DNA from: Prevotella sp.
Lineage (GTDB): Bacteria; Bacteroidota; Bacteroidia; Bacteroidales; Bacteroidaceae
Assembly: GCA_017524385.1 (NCBI GenBank)
Contig: JAFWSS010000005.1
Coordinates: forward strand, 10,195-74,194
Direction of reading: 5' to 3'
Length of the DNA stretch: 64,000 nucleotides
Shown here: in pieces, positions 28,562 through 38,419 of the stretch
How the letters are laid out: each line of letters begins with the position of its first letter
How positions within the stretch are numbered: the first letter of the stretch is position 1
Position numbers and translations under genes: made by a program
Notes under the pieces: generated by a model
The model's input: only the letters and a program-made list of their open reading frames with translations
Database searches by the model: none
Told to the model about the DNA's origin: nothing

Positions 28562-29691
28562 CACCTTCCCGAACTCTTCTTTTTCTCTTGTCGGTCATCA
28601 TTGCGCTGGCCTCATGCAAAAGTGAAAGAAGCACAACCCTGACAGGCGTGGATGGAGACACCATACCTATGAAATATGCCCGCCTGCTGCATATCGTCAA
28701 ATACGACGATTACACCATCGTGTCCATTGACAACCCGTGGCAGGAAGGCAAGACGCTCCACAATTATGTCCTTGTGAAAAAAGACGCCCCGCTCCCCTCG
28801 CCCATTCCCGAAGGCACGTTGGTGCGTGTCCCCACAGAGAAGAACATCGTTTTCAACACCTCTCACTGCCAACTGATGGGATGGCTTGATGCCGAGACCC
28901 AACTTGCAGGAGTGGCCGACTTGAAATACATCCTTGTACCTTACGTGAAGAAAGGTGTTGCTGAAGGACGGATAGCAGACTGCGGCAACGGCATGAACCC
29001 CATCGTTGAGAAGATAGTTGACCTGAAACCCGACTTGCTCATGCTCTCGCCTTTTGAGAATTCTGGTGGTTACGGACGTCTTGATGGAATAGGCATTCCT
29101 CTGTTGGAATGCGCCGACTATATGGAACCTTCTGCCCTGGCGCGTGCCGAATGGATGAAATTCTATGGGCTTTTGCTGGGGAGGGAACACCAAGCCGACT
29201 CTCTTTTCCACGTCGTGGATTCCTGCTACCACGCCTTGAAATCCATTGCCAAACAAGCAAATGGCTCACCATCCATCATCACGGAGAAACTCACAGGTTC
29301 CACATGGTATGTGCCCGGGGGGAAAAGCACCGTCAGCGGCATCATTGCCGATGCCAACGGCAAGTATGCATGGAGCAACGACACTCACAGCGGAAGCCTT
29401 TCCATGACATTTGAAACAGTACTCGACAAAGCTGGTGATGCAGACGTATGGCTCTTCAATTATTTCGGTTCGGGCAAACTTACTTATAAGCAACTTGCTT
29501 CCGAGTATTCAGGATACAAGGAGATGAAAGCGTTCAAACAGCATCACACTTGGTATGTGGACACACAAAAGGTGCCCTATTTTGAAGAAGTGCCATTCAG
29601 ACCCGACTATCTCTTGCGCGACTACATCACCTTGCTACACCCCGGACTAGGGTTGGGAGCACCGAAGTATTACTCCCCAGTGTCGGAATAA
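28558..29691 (+). CDS. Cobalamin/iron-chelate ABC substrate-binding lipoprotein (BtuF-like)
   Basis: Lipobox LASC; EKIVDLKPD, YMEPSALARAEWMKFYG, RPDYLLRD. Confidence 0.82.
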   Translation: MTPSRTLLFLLSVIIALASCKSERSTTLTGVDGDTIPMKYARLLHIVKYDDYTIVSIDNPWQEGKTLHNYVLVKKDAPLPSPIPEGTLVRVPTEKNIVFNTSHCQLMGWLDAETQLAGVADLKYILVPYVKKGVAEGRIADCGNGMNPIVEKIVDLKPDLLMLSPFENSGGYGRLDGIGIPLLECADYMEPSALARAEWMKFYGLLLGREHQADSLFHVVDSCYHALKSIAKQANGSPSIITEKLTGSTWYVPGGKSTVSGIIADANGKYAWSNDTHSGSLSMTFETVLDKAGDADVWLFNYFGSGKLTYKQLASEYSGYKEMKAFKQHHTWYVDTQKVPYFEEVPFRPDYLLRDYITLLHPGLGLGAPKYYSPVSE

Positions 29692-29709
29692 TCCCATTTA
29701 GCCCTTACT

Positions 29710-30720
29710 ATGAAAGGTGTGAAGTATTGCTTGTTGGCCGCCTTGGCTGCAGCCACCCTTTTCTTGCTCAACCTGCTTTGCGGCTCTATCAGCATCCCCG
29801 CCAAGGAGGTGCTGCACATTTTGTCGGGTGGTGAAACCACCCATGACTCATGGCGATTCATCATCCTTGAAAGCCGCTTGCCTCAAGCCATCACGGCATC
29901 TCTCTGCGGAGGAGCACTGTCGGCCAGTGGACTCATGCTGCAAACTGCATTCAAGAACCCGCTGGCGGGTCCTTCCATCTTTGGCATCAGCGGTGGAGCA
30001 GGCTTGGGCGTGGCACTCGTCATGCTGCTCATGGGCGGGTCGCTGACGGCAGGGACTATCGAAGCCACAGGATTCACGGCCATTCTTGCAGGAGCGTTCA
30101 TCGGAGCCATGGCGGTTACCGCCATCATCTTTTTCTTCTCATCCATGGTACGCAACAATGTGATGTTGCTCATCATCGGCGTGATGATAGGCTTCATATC
30201 GTCATCTGTCATATCGCTACTCAACTTCTTCGCCACAGAGGAGGGAGTCAAGTCATATGCGGTATGGGGAATGGGCAACTTCGGAAGTGTCACCATGGAC
30301 ATCATGCCCATCTTTTTCATCACTACCACGACGGGATTGGTGGCTTCCTTGTTGCTCATCAAACCGCTCAACGCCTTGCTCTTGGGTGAGCAATATGCAG
30401 AAAATCTCGGCATCAACACGGTTAGAGTGCGCAACTACCTGCTGTTGGTGACAGGTTTCCTCACAGCCATCTCCACCGCCTTTTGCGGCCCAGTGGCTTT
30501 CATAGGATTGGCAGTCCCTCACATCACACGAATGATGCTTATGACAGAGAACCACAGGCAACTACTGCCTGCAACAATATTGACTGGGGCTGTTGTGGCC
30601 TTGTTCTGCAACTTGCTCTGCTATCTGCCGGGCGAGAGCGGAGTAATCCCCCTCAATGCCATCACACCTCTTATGGGAGCACCTGTCATCATCTATGTGA
30701 TTATCAAACGAATGGCTTGA
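29710..30720 (+). CDS. FecCD/BtuC-family ABC permease
   Basis: RLPQAITA, QTAFKNPLAGP..FGIS, LNALLLGEQYAENLG, GPVAFIGLAVPH. Confidence 0.92.
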   Translation: MKGVKYCLLAALAAATLFLLNLLCGSISIPAKEVLHILSGGETTHDSWRFIILESRLPQAITASLCGGALSASGLMLQTAFKNPLAGPSIFGISGGAGLGVALVMLLMGGSLTAGTIEATGFTAILAGAFIGAMAVTAIIFFFSSMVRNNVMLLIIGVMIGFISSSVISLLNFFATEEGVKSYAVWGMGNFGSVTMDIMPIFFITTTTGLVASLLLIKPLNALLLGEQYAENLGINTVRVRNYLLLVTGFLTAISTAFCGPVAFIGLAVPHITRMMLMTENHRQLLPATILTGAVVALFCNLLCYLPGESGVIPLNAITPLMGAPVIIYVIIKRMA

Positions 30721-30741
30721 AACAATAAGGTACAACCAATC

Positions 30742-30772
30742 AAAAACGGCCGGTCACTTGCGTGACCGGCCG
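30742..30772 (-). terminator. Rho-independent terminator of the sigma-like gene
   Basis: 11-bp GC stem cggccggtcac / gtgaccggccg, followed by TTTTT on the minus strand. Confidence 0.8.
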
Positions 30773-30790
30773 CGATACGAATGAAGGCTG

Positions 30791-31819
30791 TTATTTCTTG
30801 TGGGTAATCTCGAAATGATTGACCCAGAGATCAAAAGCCTTCAAGAATTTCTTCTTCAGGCGTGAATAGCGGGTGTCCACCCAGTCGCGACGGCGTCCCA
30901 GCATCTTGGCCAGTGACTCTGGAGAGGTGCCCTTGCAGCGCTCGAGAATGACACAGATGTCGGTCTCGCTCCACTTGAGGAAGTGTACGAATCTGCTCAA
31001 GTACGCTCCTGCTTCACGCTCCACCTCCGCATCGGAGAGCCAAGGTCCCACCACGTCGCCGATGGGATTGTCAAGAGAGTTGTCCACGCAATGCTCATCC
31101 ATAAGCCGTTCGTAGTCGGGATGCCACACCACGCATCTTGGAGACTTTTCCGTGATGAGGAGTCCTTCATAGTCGCACTCCGACTCGAGGAGGATGGTCT
31201 TGAGGTGGTTTTCTGCACGTTGGCGAAGAGACTTGTACTCTTTCTCATCTGCAAGGTGCATCTTCTTGATGATTTCGTCTGCTTTCCTCCTGTTTACGTA
31301 AATGTGTTTCAGCATCTCATAGTGTGCACCTTTCGGCATCAACTCGTCAAGATACATCTCCCATCCTTCAGGAGAAACCTTGTTGGAAAGCAGTCGCGTG
31401 TTGCCTGGAGTGAGCTTGCGCTTGGTCTTGAAATAGCCGATTTCCTCGGCTTTCTTGATCATCAAGTTGTAGGCCACCTTGAAAAGCCATGTGAAGAAGC
31501 CATATTCTTCCCTGTAGGTGTCGAGATTGTGCCATGTGCCGTTGTCCCACAATTTCACGTAGAGGAAGGTGCCGATGTCTTCATATGAATAGACGTCGCA
31601 CCCATAGCTTCTCTTCAAGCACGAAATGATGATTTTACAGATAGGACCGATGTTGTAACAGTCATCCCTGTAATCGTAGAAGAAGTGATTGACAAAGTTC
31701 TTGTCGTTCTTGATCTTGTCAATCAAGTATCTTGCTTCCAACACATAGGAAGCAAACTTCATTTTTTTTGTAGGTAACTTTGGTTTGGTCATAGGTGTAA
31801 GTTTGGGCGGTTTAAACAT
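30791..31819 (-). CDS. Atypical sigma70/ECF-like protein (region-2-like domain plus two HTH-like regions)
   Basis: YEDIGTFLYVKLW...FFTWLFKVAYNLMIKK resembles ECF region 2; two region-4-like segments follow; start codon uncertain. Confidence 0.55.
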   Translation of the reverse strand: MFKPPKLTPMTKPKLPTKKMKFASYVLEARYLIDKIKNDKNFVNHFFYDYRDDCYNIGPICKIIISCLKRSYGCDVYSYEDIGTFLYVKLWDNGTWHNLDTYREEYGFFTWLFKVAYNLMIKKAEEIGYFKTKRKLTPGNTRLLSNKVSPEGWEMYLDELMPKGAHYEMLKHIYVNRRKADEIIKKMHLADEKEYKSLRQRAENHLKTILLESECDYEGLLITEKSPRCVVWHPDYERLMDEHCVDNSLDNPIGDVVGPWLSDAEVEREAGAYLSRFVHFLKWSETDICVILERCKGTSPESLAKMLGRRRDWVDTRYSRLKKKFLKAFDLWVNHFEITHKK

Positions 31820-32460
31820 ACATGACGTATCATCCGGAGTTCACGTGTTGTTGTGAATCATCCGGAACTTTTAGTAAGAGTTTTTTCGGAGGCACCTTGA
31901 CATGGATGCCATCCCTTTCATTCGTTTTGTTCCGGTGTCCTTAAAGACCTTTTCTTGTCGATGTTTTCTTCTTCTTCTTGGTTGTTGATTTCTTCTTAAG
32001 TTCTTCTTCCTAATTAATAAATACCACGGTTTCTTGATTGCTTGCCTTCACTAAGTGCACAATTCATCTCACGCATTGGCGAAGAAATCCTTTCACGATT
32101 CCTGCCTTTGCCAGCCGACATAGGAATGCTCGACTTCGCGCCAAGTATGAAAGACATGATACACATGGGAATTCTACTTTTTACCTTAACTGTCTGACAA
32201 ATGATTTAATCATTACTTTTCCAATCAAAGACACATTACTTTCGCAATCAAGATCCAGCATCATTCGCATCTTCTCGCTGGAATCAATTTTCACACTTTC
32301 TATTCTAATATTTGCTGCAAATATATGCATTATTCATTAATTCTCAAAATGACCGCAAAGAAAATTAACATTATTTTGCATACAAGCCTACATATGTTAA
32401 AATCCACTAATCGTGTGAAAATATCAACTTCAACAAGGGGATTGTTTCGTGCAAAATACT

Positions 32461-32468
32461 TAACTTTG
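32461..32468 (+). promoter_or_regulatory. rho promoter -7 box
   Basis: TAACTTTG about 75 nt upstream of ATG 32543. Confidence 0.6.
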
Positions 32469-32542
32469 CAGAAGTTTTTCAAAAACCACATGGATTTTCA
32501 CCTCTTGAAAGTCCGTTATTCAAATCAACATTACATTTTATC

Positions 32543-34564
32543 ATGTACAGCAAAGACGATTTATTATCGAAAGGCATACCCGAATTGGTGGGCATTGCCA
32601 ATGAATTAGGTGCAGAGTACAAATCAAACGACAGTCAGGAAACACTGATATATTCTATTCTCGACAAGCAAGCCGAGATTGAAGGAATGAAAAGTAGTGC
32701 GGCTACCAAGCGCAAGCGCGTACGTATTGTCAAGAAAGACACCGACCGAGTTTACACCGTGAACGGGAAGGATGGTGAGAATTTCGACTTGAAGAAGAAC
32801 AAGCCTGCCGAGCAATCCTTGCCACTCTTCACAGACGAGCCGCCCATCGTTCCCCAGGAAACAGTCACACCGCAAGAAGAACCCAAACCCGCCCCGAAGA
32901 AAAGAGGACGCAAGTCAAAGGCTGAGAAAGAAGCCATGGAGGCCGCAGCCCGTGCGGCTGAAGAGGCAGCGAGAAAGGCGGAAGAGGAAGCTGCGAGAAA
33001 GGCGGAAGAAGAGGCAGCGAGAAAGGCGGAAGAGGAAGCCGCGAGAAAGGCGGAAGAAGAGGCAGAGGAAAACAATGCCCCACTGCCATTCATTCCAAGC
33101 GAAGAGCCTGAGCAAGAGTTCAGCGTACCAGAGGCTGCCTCGTTTGCCAATGACGAGAGTTCCACCGAGGAGAGAGCCAATCTCCTGGCACAACTCCAAG
33201 CAAAAGTGAGAGCCCACAATGAAGCACAAGAAGAGAAAGCTCAAGCTCTCCTGGACGGACTGTGGGAAGACGACCCCGGCGACGGAACAGACTTCATCCC
33301 CGTTGTCGACCTGCCTATCGAAGACCAAGGTGCACTGCCCAACTATGACATCTTCGACAACCCCACCACTCCCATCGCAACATCCAGCCAATTGGGCTCG
33401 AGGGCATTCCAACCCAGCAAGGAAAGCAGCAACACCTATGATTTCGACAACATCGTGAAAGCCAACGGCGTACTTGAAATCATGCCCGATGGATACGGCT
33501 TCCTGCGCTCCAGCGATTACAACTACCTTTCCTCACCCGACGACGTGTATGTCTCCAGTCAGCAAATCAAGCATTATGGCCTGAAGACCGGCGACGTGGT
33601 GGAATGCAGCGTACGCCCACCCCACGACGGAGAAAAATACTTCCCCCTCACAGGCATCAACAAGATCAATGGAAGAGAGCCTGGCGAGATACGTGACCGC
33701 ATACCGTTTGAGCATCTCACACCATTGTTCCCAGATGAGAAATATGAACTTTGCGGTGACCGCATGACGACCAACTTGTCAACTCGAGTGGTGGACCTTT
33801 TCTCACCGATAGGCAAAGGACAAAGGGCGCTGATTGTGGCACAGCCTAAAACTGGCAAGACCATATTGTTGAAAGACATTGCAAACGCAATAGCAGCCAA
33901 CCACCCGGAGGCATACCTCATGATACTCCTCATCGACGAGCGACCTGAAGAAGTGACCGACATGGCACGCACAGTCAATGCTGAAGTGATTGCATCCACT
34001 TTCGATGAACCTGCAGAGCGACATGTGAAAATCGCCGGCATCGTGCTCGAAAAAGCAAAGCGCATGGTGGAATGCGGGCATGATGTCGTTATTTTCCTTG
34101 ACAGCATCACAAGGCTCGCAAGAGCATACAACACCGTGTCGCCCGCCAGTGGCAAAGTGCTCACAGGTGGTGTTGATGCCAACGCACTACAAAAGCCAAA
34201 GAGGTTCTTCGGAGCTGCACGCAACATAGAAAAAGGAGGGTCACTCACCATCATCGCCACGGCACTCATCGACACCGGTTCCAAAATGGACGAAGTCATC
34301 TTCGAAGAATTCAAAGGCACGGGAAACATGGAGTTGCAACTCGACCGCACACTCTCCAACAAGCGTATCTTCCCGTCTGTCAACCTTGTTGCATCCAGCA
34401 CTCGTCGCGACGACCTGCTTCATGACAAGACCACGCTCGACCGCATGTGGATTCTCAGGAAATACCTGTCGGACATGAACCCCGTAGAGGCGATGAACAC
34501 CATTCACGACAGAATGCTCAACACACGCAACAACGAAGAATTCCTCCTCACGATGAACTCTTAA
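32543..34564 (+). CDS. rho: Transcription termination factor Rho with a long N-terminal insertion
   Basis: [62 protein letters not shown]. Confidence 0.97.
   Translation: MYSKDDLLSKGIPELVGIANELGAEYKSNDSQETLIYSILDKQAEIEGMKSSAATKRKRVRIVKKDTDRVYTVNGKDGENFDLKKNKPAEQSLPLFTDEPPIVPQETVTPQEEPKPAPKKRGRKSKAEKEAMEAAARAAEEAARKAEEEAARKAEEEAARKAEEEAARKAEEEAEENNAPLPFIPSEEPEQEFSVPEAASFANDESSTEERANLLAQLQAKVRAHNEAQEEKAQALLDGLWEDDPGDGTDFIPVVDLPIEDQGALPNYDIFDNPTTPIATSSQLGSRAFQPSKESSNTYDFDNIVKANGVLEIMPDGYGFLRSSDYNYLSSPDDVYVSSQQIKHYGLKTGDVVECSVRPPHDGEKYFPLTGINKINGREPGEIRDRIPFEHLTPLFPDEKYELCGDRMTTNLSTRVVDLFSPIGKGQRALIVAQPKTGKTILLKDIANAIAANHPEAYLMILLIDERPEEVTDMARTVNAEVIASTFDEPAERHVKIAGIVLEKAKRMVECGHDVVIFLDSITRLARAYNTVSPASGKVLTGGVDANALQKPKRFFGAARNIEKGGSLTIIATALIDTGSKMDEVIFEEFKGTGNMELQLDRTLSNKRIFPSVNLVASSTRRDDLLHDKTTLDRMWILRKYLSDMNPVEAMNTIHDRMLNTRNNEEFLLTMNS
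32966..33061 (+). repeat. 24-bp x4 in-frame tandem repeat (AARKAEEE) within rho
   Basis: gcNgcgagaaaggcggaagaRgaR four times; unit 1 equals unit 3, and units 2 and 4 differ at one base. Confidence 0.95.
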
Positions 34565-34577
34565 GGCGCGTTCTCCC

Positions 34578-35492
34578 ATGAGACACATGCTTACATTCTT
34601 GTCATGCCTGCTGCTCCTAGCTTGTGGTACATCCACACAGGAAGAGAACGAAAGACGAAGGCAGGCCAAAGCCGAGGATATGAGGCGCGACTCCCTTGCT
34701 TTCAAAATAGCCGTCATGCCAACACTCGACTGTCTGCCCTTCTTCCTTGCAAAGGAACAAGGAATCTTCGACACATTGGGCGTTGACGTGAGCCTTAAAT
34801 GCAAGGATGCCCAAATGGACTGCGACGTTGCCATGCGTTCAGGGCAAATAGAATGCATGGTAAGCGACTTGATGCGTACCGAACGCCTTCGCAAAGAAGG
34901 CGTGCCGCTGCAATACCTGGGAGCCACAAACGCCTATTGGCAGATGATAGGCAACAGGAAAGCACGGATAAAAGACATCAAGAGCCTGGGCGACAAAATG
35001 GTGGCCATGGCAAGATATTCGGCCACAGACTACCTTGCAACACTGGGTATCGACAGCGTGAAACCATCCAATCCCGTATTCCGAATACAAGTCAACGACG
35101 TACAGGTGCGTCTCATGATGCTGCTCAACAACGAGATGGACGCCGTCATGCTTACCGAACCGCAAGCCTCCTGGGCCAGGCATTACAACCATCCTGTCTT
35201 GATGGACTCTCGTGACAAGGACATACGCCTTGGAGTTATCGCTGCCCACAAAAATAGAATAGCCGACGACAGAAGGCAAAAACAATTGTCTCTCCTCATC
35301 AAAGGCTATGAAATGGCTTGTGACTCACTCAACGAGAAAGGCCTGGAGCACTATGCCTTCATCATCAAGAAATACTGTCGTGCCAACGAATCCACAGTGA
35401 AAGAATTGCCACGCATCACCTTCCCACACCTTGCACAACCCCGCCAAAAAGACATCGACCGCACTAAAAGTGTGAATTGGCGAACGAGTTGA
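34578..35492 (+). CDS. SsuA/NMT1-like ABC substrate-binding lipoprotein
   Basis: Lipobox LLAC; KIAVMPTLDCLPFFLAKEQGIF; DAVMLTEPQA. Confidence 0.72.
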   Translation: MRHMLTFLSCLLLLACGTSTQEENERRRQAKAEDMRRDSLAFKIAVMPTLDCLPFFLAKEQGIFDTLGVDVSLKCKDAQMDCDVAMRSGQIECMVSDLMRTERLRKEGVPLQYLGATNAYWQMIGNRKARIKDIKSLGDKMVAMARYSATDYLATLGIDSVKPSNPVFRIQVNDVQVRLMMLLNNEMDAVMLTEPQASWARHYNHPVLMDSRDKDIRLGVIAAHKNRIADDRRQKQLSLLIKGYEMACDSLNEKGLEHYAFIIKKYCRANESTVKELPRITFPHLAQPRQKDIDRTKSVNWRTS

Positions 35493-35512
35493 GCTCTCAG
35501 AACTTCCACACC

Positions 35513-37669
35513 ATGGACAAGAAGGCCATCTACAACACCAAGAAACAACTCATCAACAAGAACCTTGGAGGTGCTCTCGACGCCATCACCCCATTGCTCA
35601 ACCTCCATGACTACTCTTGCCTGCATGAGCGCATCAACACCATCAGGGACGACTATCAGCGCATGCTGTCCTACATGCGCCAAGGCTATCCCGACCCAAG
35701 TCGCAACCAACTCTACCTCTCCCTGCTTAGAAAACTCGACAGGCTTGCCAACGATGCGGCATTGATCCAACGTACACAAGGAATGCACAATGCCATCGGA
35801 AACGCTGCCGAACTCTCGCACAACACCATTGCAGAACACCTGCAAGACTATGTGAGCGAAAAGGCTCTCGACAGCTTGGGAATGGCTTCACAAGAAAGCA
35901 AGGCCATCCATGCCGACCACCATCGGTTCATGTCTAACCTCTTCAACCAAATCTGCCATAGCGCCCAATGGCATCGCGACGACCAGGACTTTTACATGTC
36001 GCTATTGTTGTCACCTACCATCGACAGCATAGACAGCGCACTGATAGTGAGTGCCATCACACTCTCTTCCATCACATATTTCGACATCAGGAAATACGCC
36101 ACGCTGGCACATGTTTATCAGCATGCCACTGATGAGAGATTACGCCAACGAGCACTTGTGGGATGGGCGCTGACCACCACGCGCACACACGAATTCTACC
36201 CGGAGGCAAGCGAAATAATGGAAGCGATGACAGGCGACAGCGTGACAACGCGGCAACTCCTGGAATTGCAGATGCAGATGTTCTTCTGCATGAATGCCGA
36301 GCGCGACAACGACGAAATAGCCCGTGACATCATACCGAACCTGATGAAAAACAAAGGCTTTGAAATCACCAGGCATGGCATCGTGGAAAAGGAAGACGAC
36401 CCCATGCAAGACATTCTCGACCCTGACGCCGCAGACAAGTCCATGGAAGAAATGGAACGCAGCTTCGAGCGCATGGCAGAAATGCAACGAAGCGGCAGCG
36501 ACGTCTATTTCGGAGGATTCAGACAAATGAAGCGCTTTCCATTCTTCTACACCCTGTGCAATTGGTTCTACCCCTTCCATATCGACCATCCCGGCATCGC
36601 GCAGACCAAAGAGAAAATGGGCAACAACAAGTTCCTGGAAATGCTTTTGAAGAACGGTCCTTTCTGCGACAGCGACAAATACTCCTTCGCCATCGCCATC
36701 AACAGTGTGGTGGACAAACTCCCGGAAAGCATGAAAGATGCCATCAACGAGGGGGCATCTTTTGGACCATCGGCCTCGGAAGAAATGCTCTCTTCATCAA
36801 CAAACATCAGGTTGATGTACCTTCAAGACCTCTATCGCTTCTTCCGAATATGCGACAGACGGGTGGATTTCTATAATCCTTTCGGTGGGGAAAACAGCCA
36901 GAACGCCTTGTTTTACGCCTATGCCATTTACGACGGAGCTCTACCGGAAAAAGACATTCTCAAATTGGGCAATTTCCTCTTGAAACGGAAACAGTTCGAC
37001 TCTTTGGAGCGCCTGCTCGCATGCACACCTTCACTCACACAGTCGCCACACCATGATTTCCTTCTTGCCCACTGTGAGATGAGCAAAGGAAACTACCACA
37101 GTGCGCTACGTCTTTTCAAACAAACCGTGGCGGCGCTTCCCGACAACAAACGGGCACTCTCGGCCATGGGGCGTGCTGCCATGCTTGCAGAAGACTACGG
37201 CCAAGCCGAGGATTGCTACAAACGGCTCAACAACCTCGCACCCGACAACAACAGCCATGTGCTCAACCTGGCCATCGCTCTGATCAAGAACGGCAAAGCA
37301 CAGGATGCCACCCCGCTGCTTTACAAACTCAACTACGAGGACCCCAACAACCCTAACACACAGCGCACACTGGCATGGGCACTGCTGGCATGCAAGAAAA
37401 CGGAACAAGCCATCAAGGAATACAACCGATTGCTCTCCTCGGGAAAAGACAAGGCTGAAGACCATCTCAACTTGGGTTACTGCCATTGGGCGGATGGCAA
37501 CCTGAAAGAAGCCATCTTGTCTTTCACACAATTCACCAAGATGTGCAAAGACAACTCAAAGCACATCCTCATGGAAGAATTCGAAAAAGACAAGGATGTG
37601 CTCCAAATCTTTGGCATCACACCATTCGAGATGAACATGATGGCCGATTTGATCGACTTAGGCGAGTAA
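35513..37669 (+). CDS. Tetratricopeptide-repeat protein
   Basis: C-terminal TPR-like helices (AEDCYKRLNNLAPDN, DHLNLGYCHW...AILSF); ATG 35513. Confidence 0.78.
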   Translation: MDKKAIYNTKKQLINKNLGGALDAITPLLNLHDYSCLHERINTIRDDYQRMLSYMRQGYPDPSRNQLYLSLLRKLDRLANDAALIQRTQGMHNAIGNAAELSHNTIAEHLQDYVSEKALDSLGMASQESKAIHADHHRFMSNLFNQICHSAQWHRDDQDFYMSLLLSPTIDSIDSALIVSAITLSSITYFDIRKYATLAHVYQHATDERLRQRALVGWALTTTRTHEFYPEASEIMEAMTGDSVTTRQLLELQMQMFFCMNAERDNDEIARDIIPNLMKNKGFEITRHGIVEKEDDPMQDILDPDAADKSMEEMERSFERMAEMQRSGSDVYFGGFRQMKRFPFFYTLCNWFYPFHIDHPGIAQTKEKMGNNKFLEMLLKNGPFCDSDKYSFAIAINSVVDKLPESMKDAINEGASFGPSASEEMLSSSTNIRLMYLQDLYRFFRICDRRVDFYNPFGGENSQNALFYAYAIYDGALPEKDILKLGNFLLKRKQFDSLERLLACTPSLTQSPHHDFLLAHCEMSKGNYHSALRLFKQTVAALPDNKRALSAMGRAAMLAEDYGQAEDCYKRLNNLAPDNNSHVLNLAIALIKNGKAQDATPLLYKLNYEDPNNPNTQRTLAWALLACKKTEQAIKEYNRLLSSGKDKAEDHLNLGYCHWADGNLKEAILSFTQFTKMCKDNSKHILMEEFEKDKDVLQIFGITPFEMNMMADLIDLGE

Positions 37670-37781
37670 AAAATCACAAGAAAACTCATCTTTCTTTCTT
37701 CTTTTCATAATATTTGACTATTTTTGCACTTGGATGACCAGCAGGCCTTGCTTGTCATCACAACAAACAACTGTCTAAACC

Positions 37782-38390
37782 ATGTATAAAAAATTCATCA
37801 AGCGATTCCTCGACATCTGCATTGCTGCTGTGTCGTTGATTATCATATCACCCATCCTCCTGGTCATCACCATTTGGCTGCATTTCGCCAACAAAGGCGC
37901 CGGGGCTTTCTTCTACCAGAAACGTGTAGGGAAAAACGGCAAGATATTCAAAGACATCAAATACAAGACCATGACCGATGAAAGAGACAAGGAAGGCAAA
38001 TTGCTCCCCGACGCTGAAAGGCTCACAAAAGTAGGAAAGTTCGTTCGCTCAACATCTCTCGATGAACTGCCACAATTCCTTAACGTGCTCAAAGGCGACA
38101 TGTCACTCATCGGCCCCAGACCACTTTTGGTGGAATACCTCCCACTCTATTCACCAGAGCAAAACCGAAGGCATCTCGTCCGTCCCGGCATCTCAGGATG
38201 GGCGCAATGCCATGGACGCAACGCCATGACATGGACGAAGAAATTCGAATATGATGTCTGGTACGTAGACCACCTCACATTCGCCACCGATATGAAAATT
38301 GTTGGAATGACCATCAAGTCGGTGCTTTTCCGAGAAGGCATCAGCGGCGAAGGTTCCGCCACGATGGAAGCATTTAACGGACACAACTAG
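37782..38390 (+). CDS. Undecaprenyl-phosphate sugar phosphotransferase (PglC/EpsL-like)
   Basis: KRFLDI, KYKTM, RSTSLDELPQFLNVLKGDMSLIGPRP, RPGISGWAQ; own -7 box TATTTTTG at 37719-37726. Confidence 0.92.
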   Translation: MYKKFIKRFLDICIAAVSLIIISPILLVITIWLHFANKGAGAFFYQKRVGKNGKIFKDIKYKTMTDERDKEGKLLPDAERLTKVGKFVRSTSLDELPQFLNVLKGDMSLIGPRPLLVEYLPLYSPEQNRRHLVRPGISGWAQCHGRNAMTWTKKFEYDVWYVDHLTFATDMKIVGMTIKSVLFREGISGEGSATMEAFNGHN

Positions 38391-38419
38391 CCCCATCATC
38401 AATTAATAACACCTTGACT

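Noticed and set aside
32038-32609. Plus-strand ORFs 32038-32340 and 32325-32609
   Set aside because: AT-rich promoter DNA with no protein-like features; the second overlaps the rho promoter and start.
32966-33061. Regular repeats considered as a CRISPR array (also 57891-57950)
   Set aside because: The units are directly adjacent with no spacers. The rho repeat is in-frame coding, and there are no cas genes; the Cas4-like domain is part of a Dna2-type protein.
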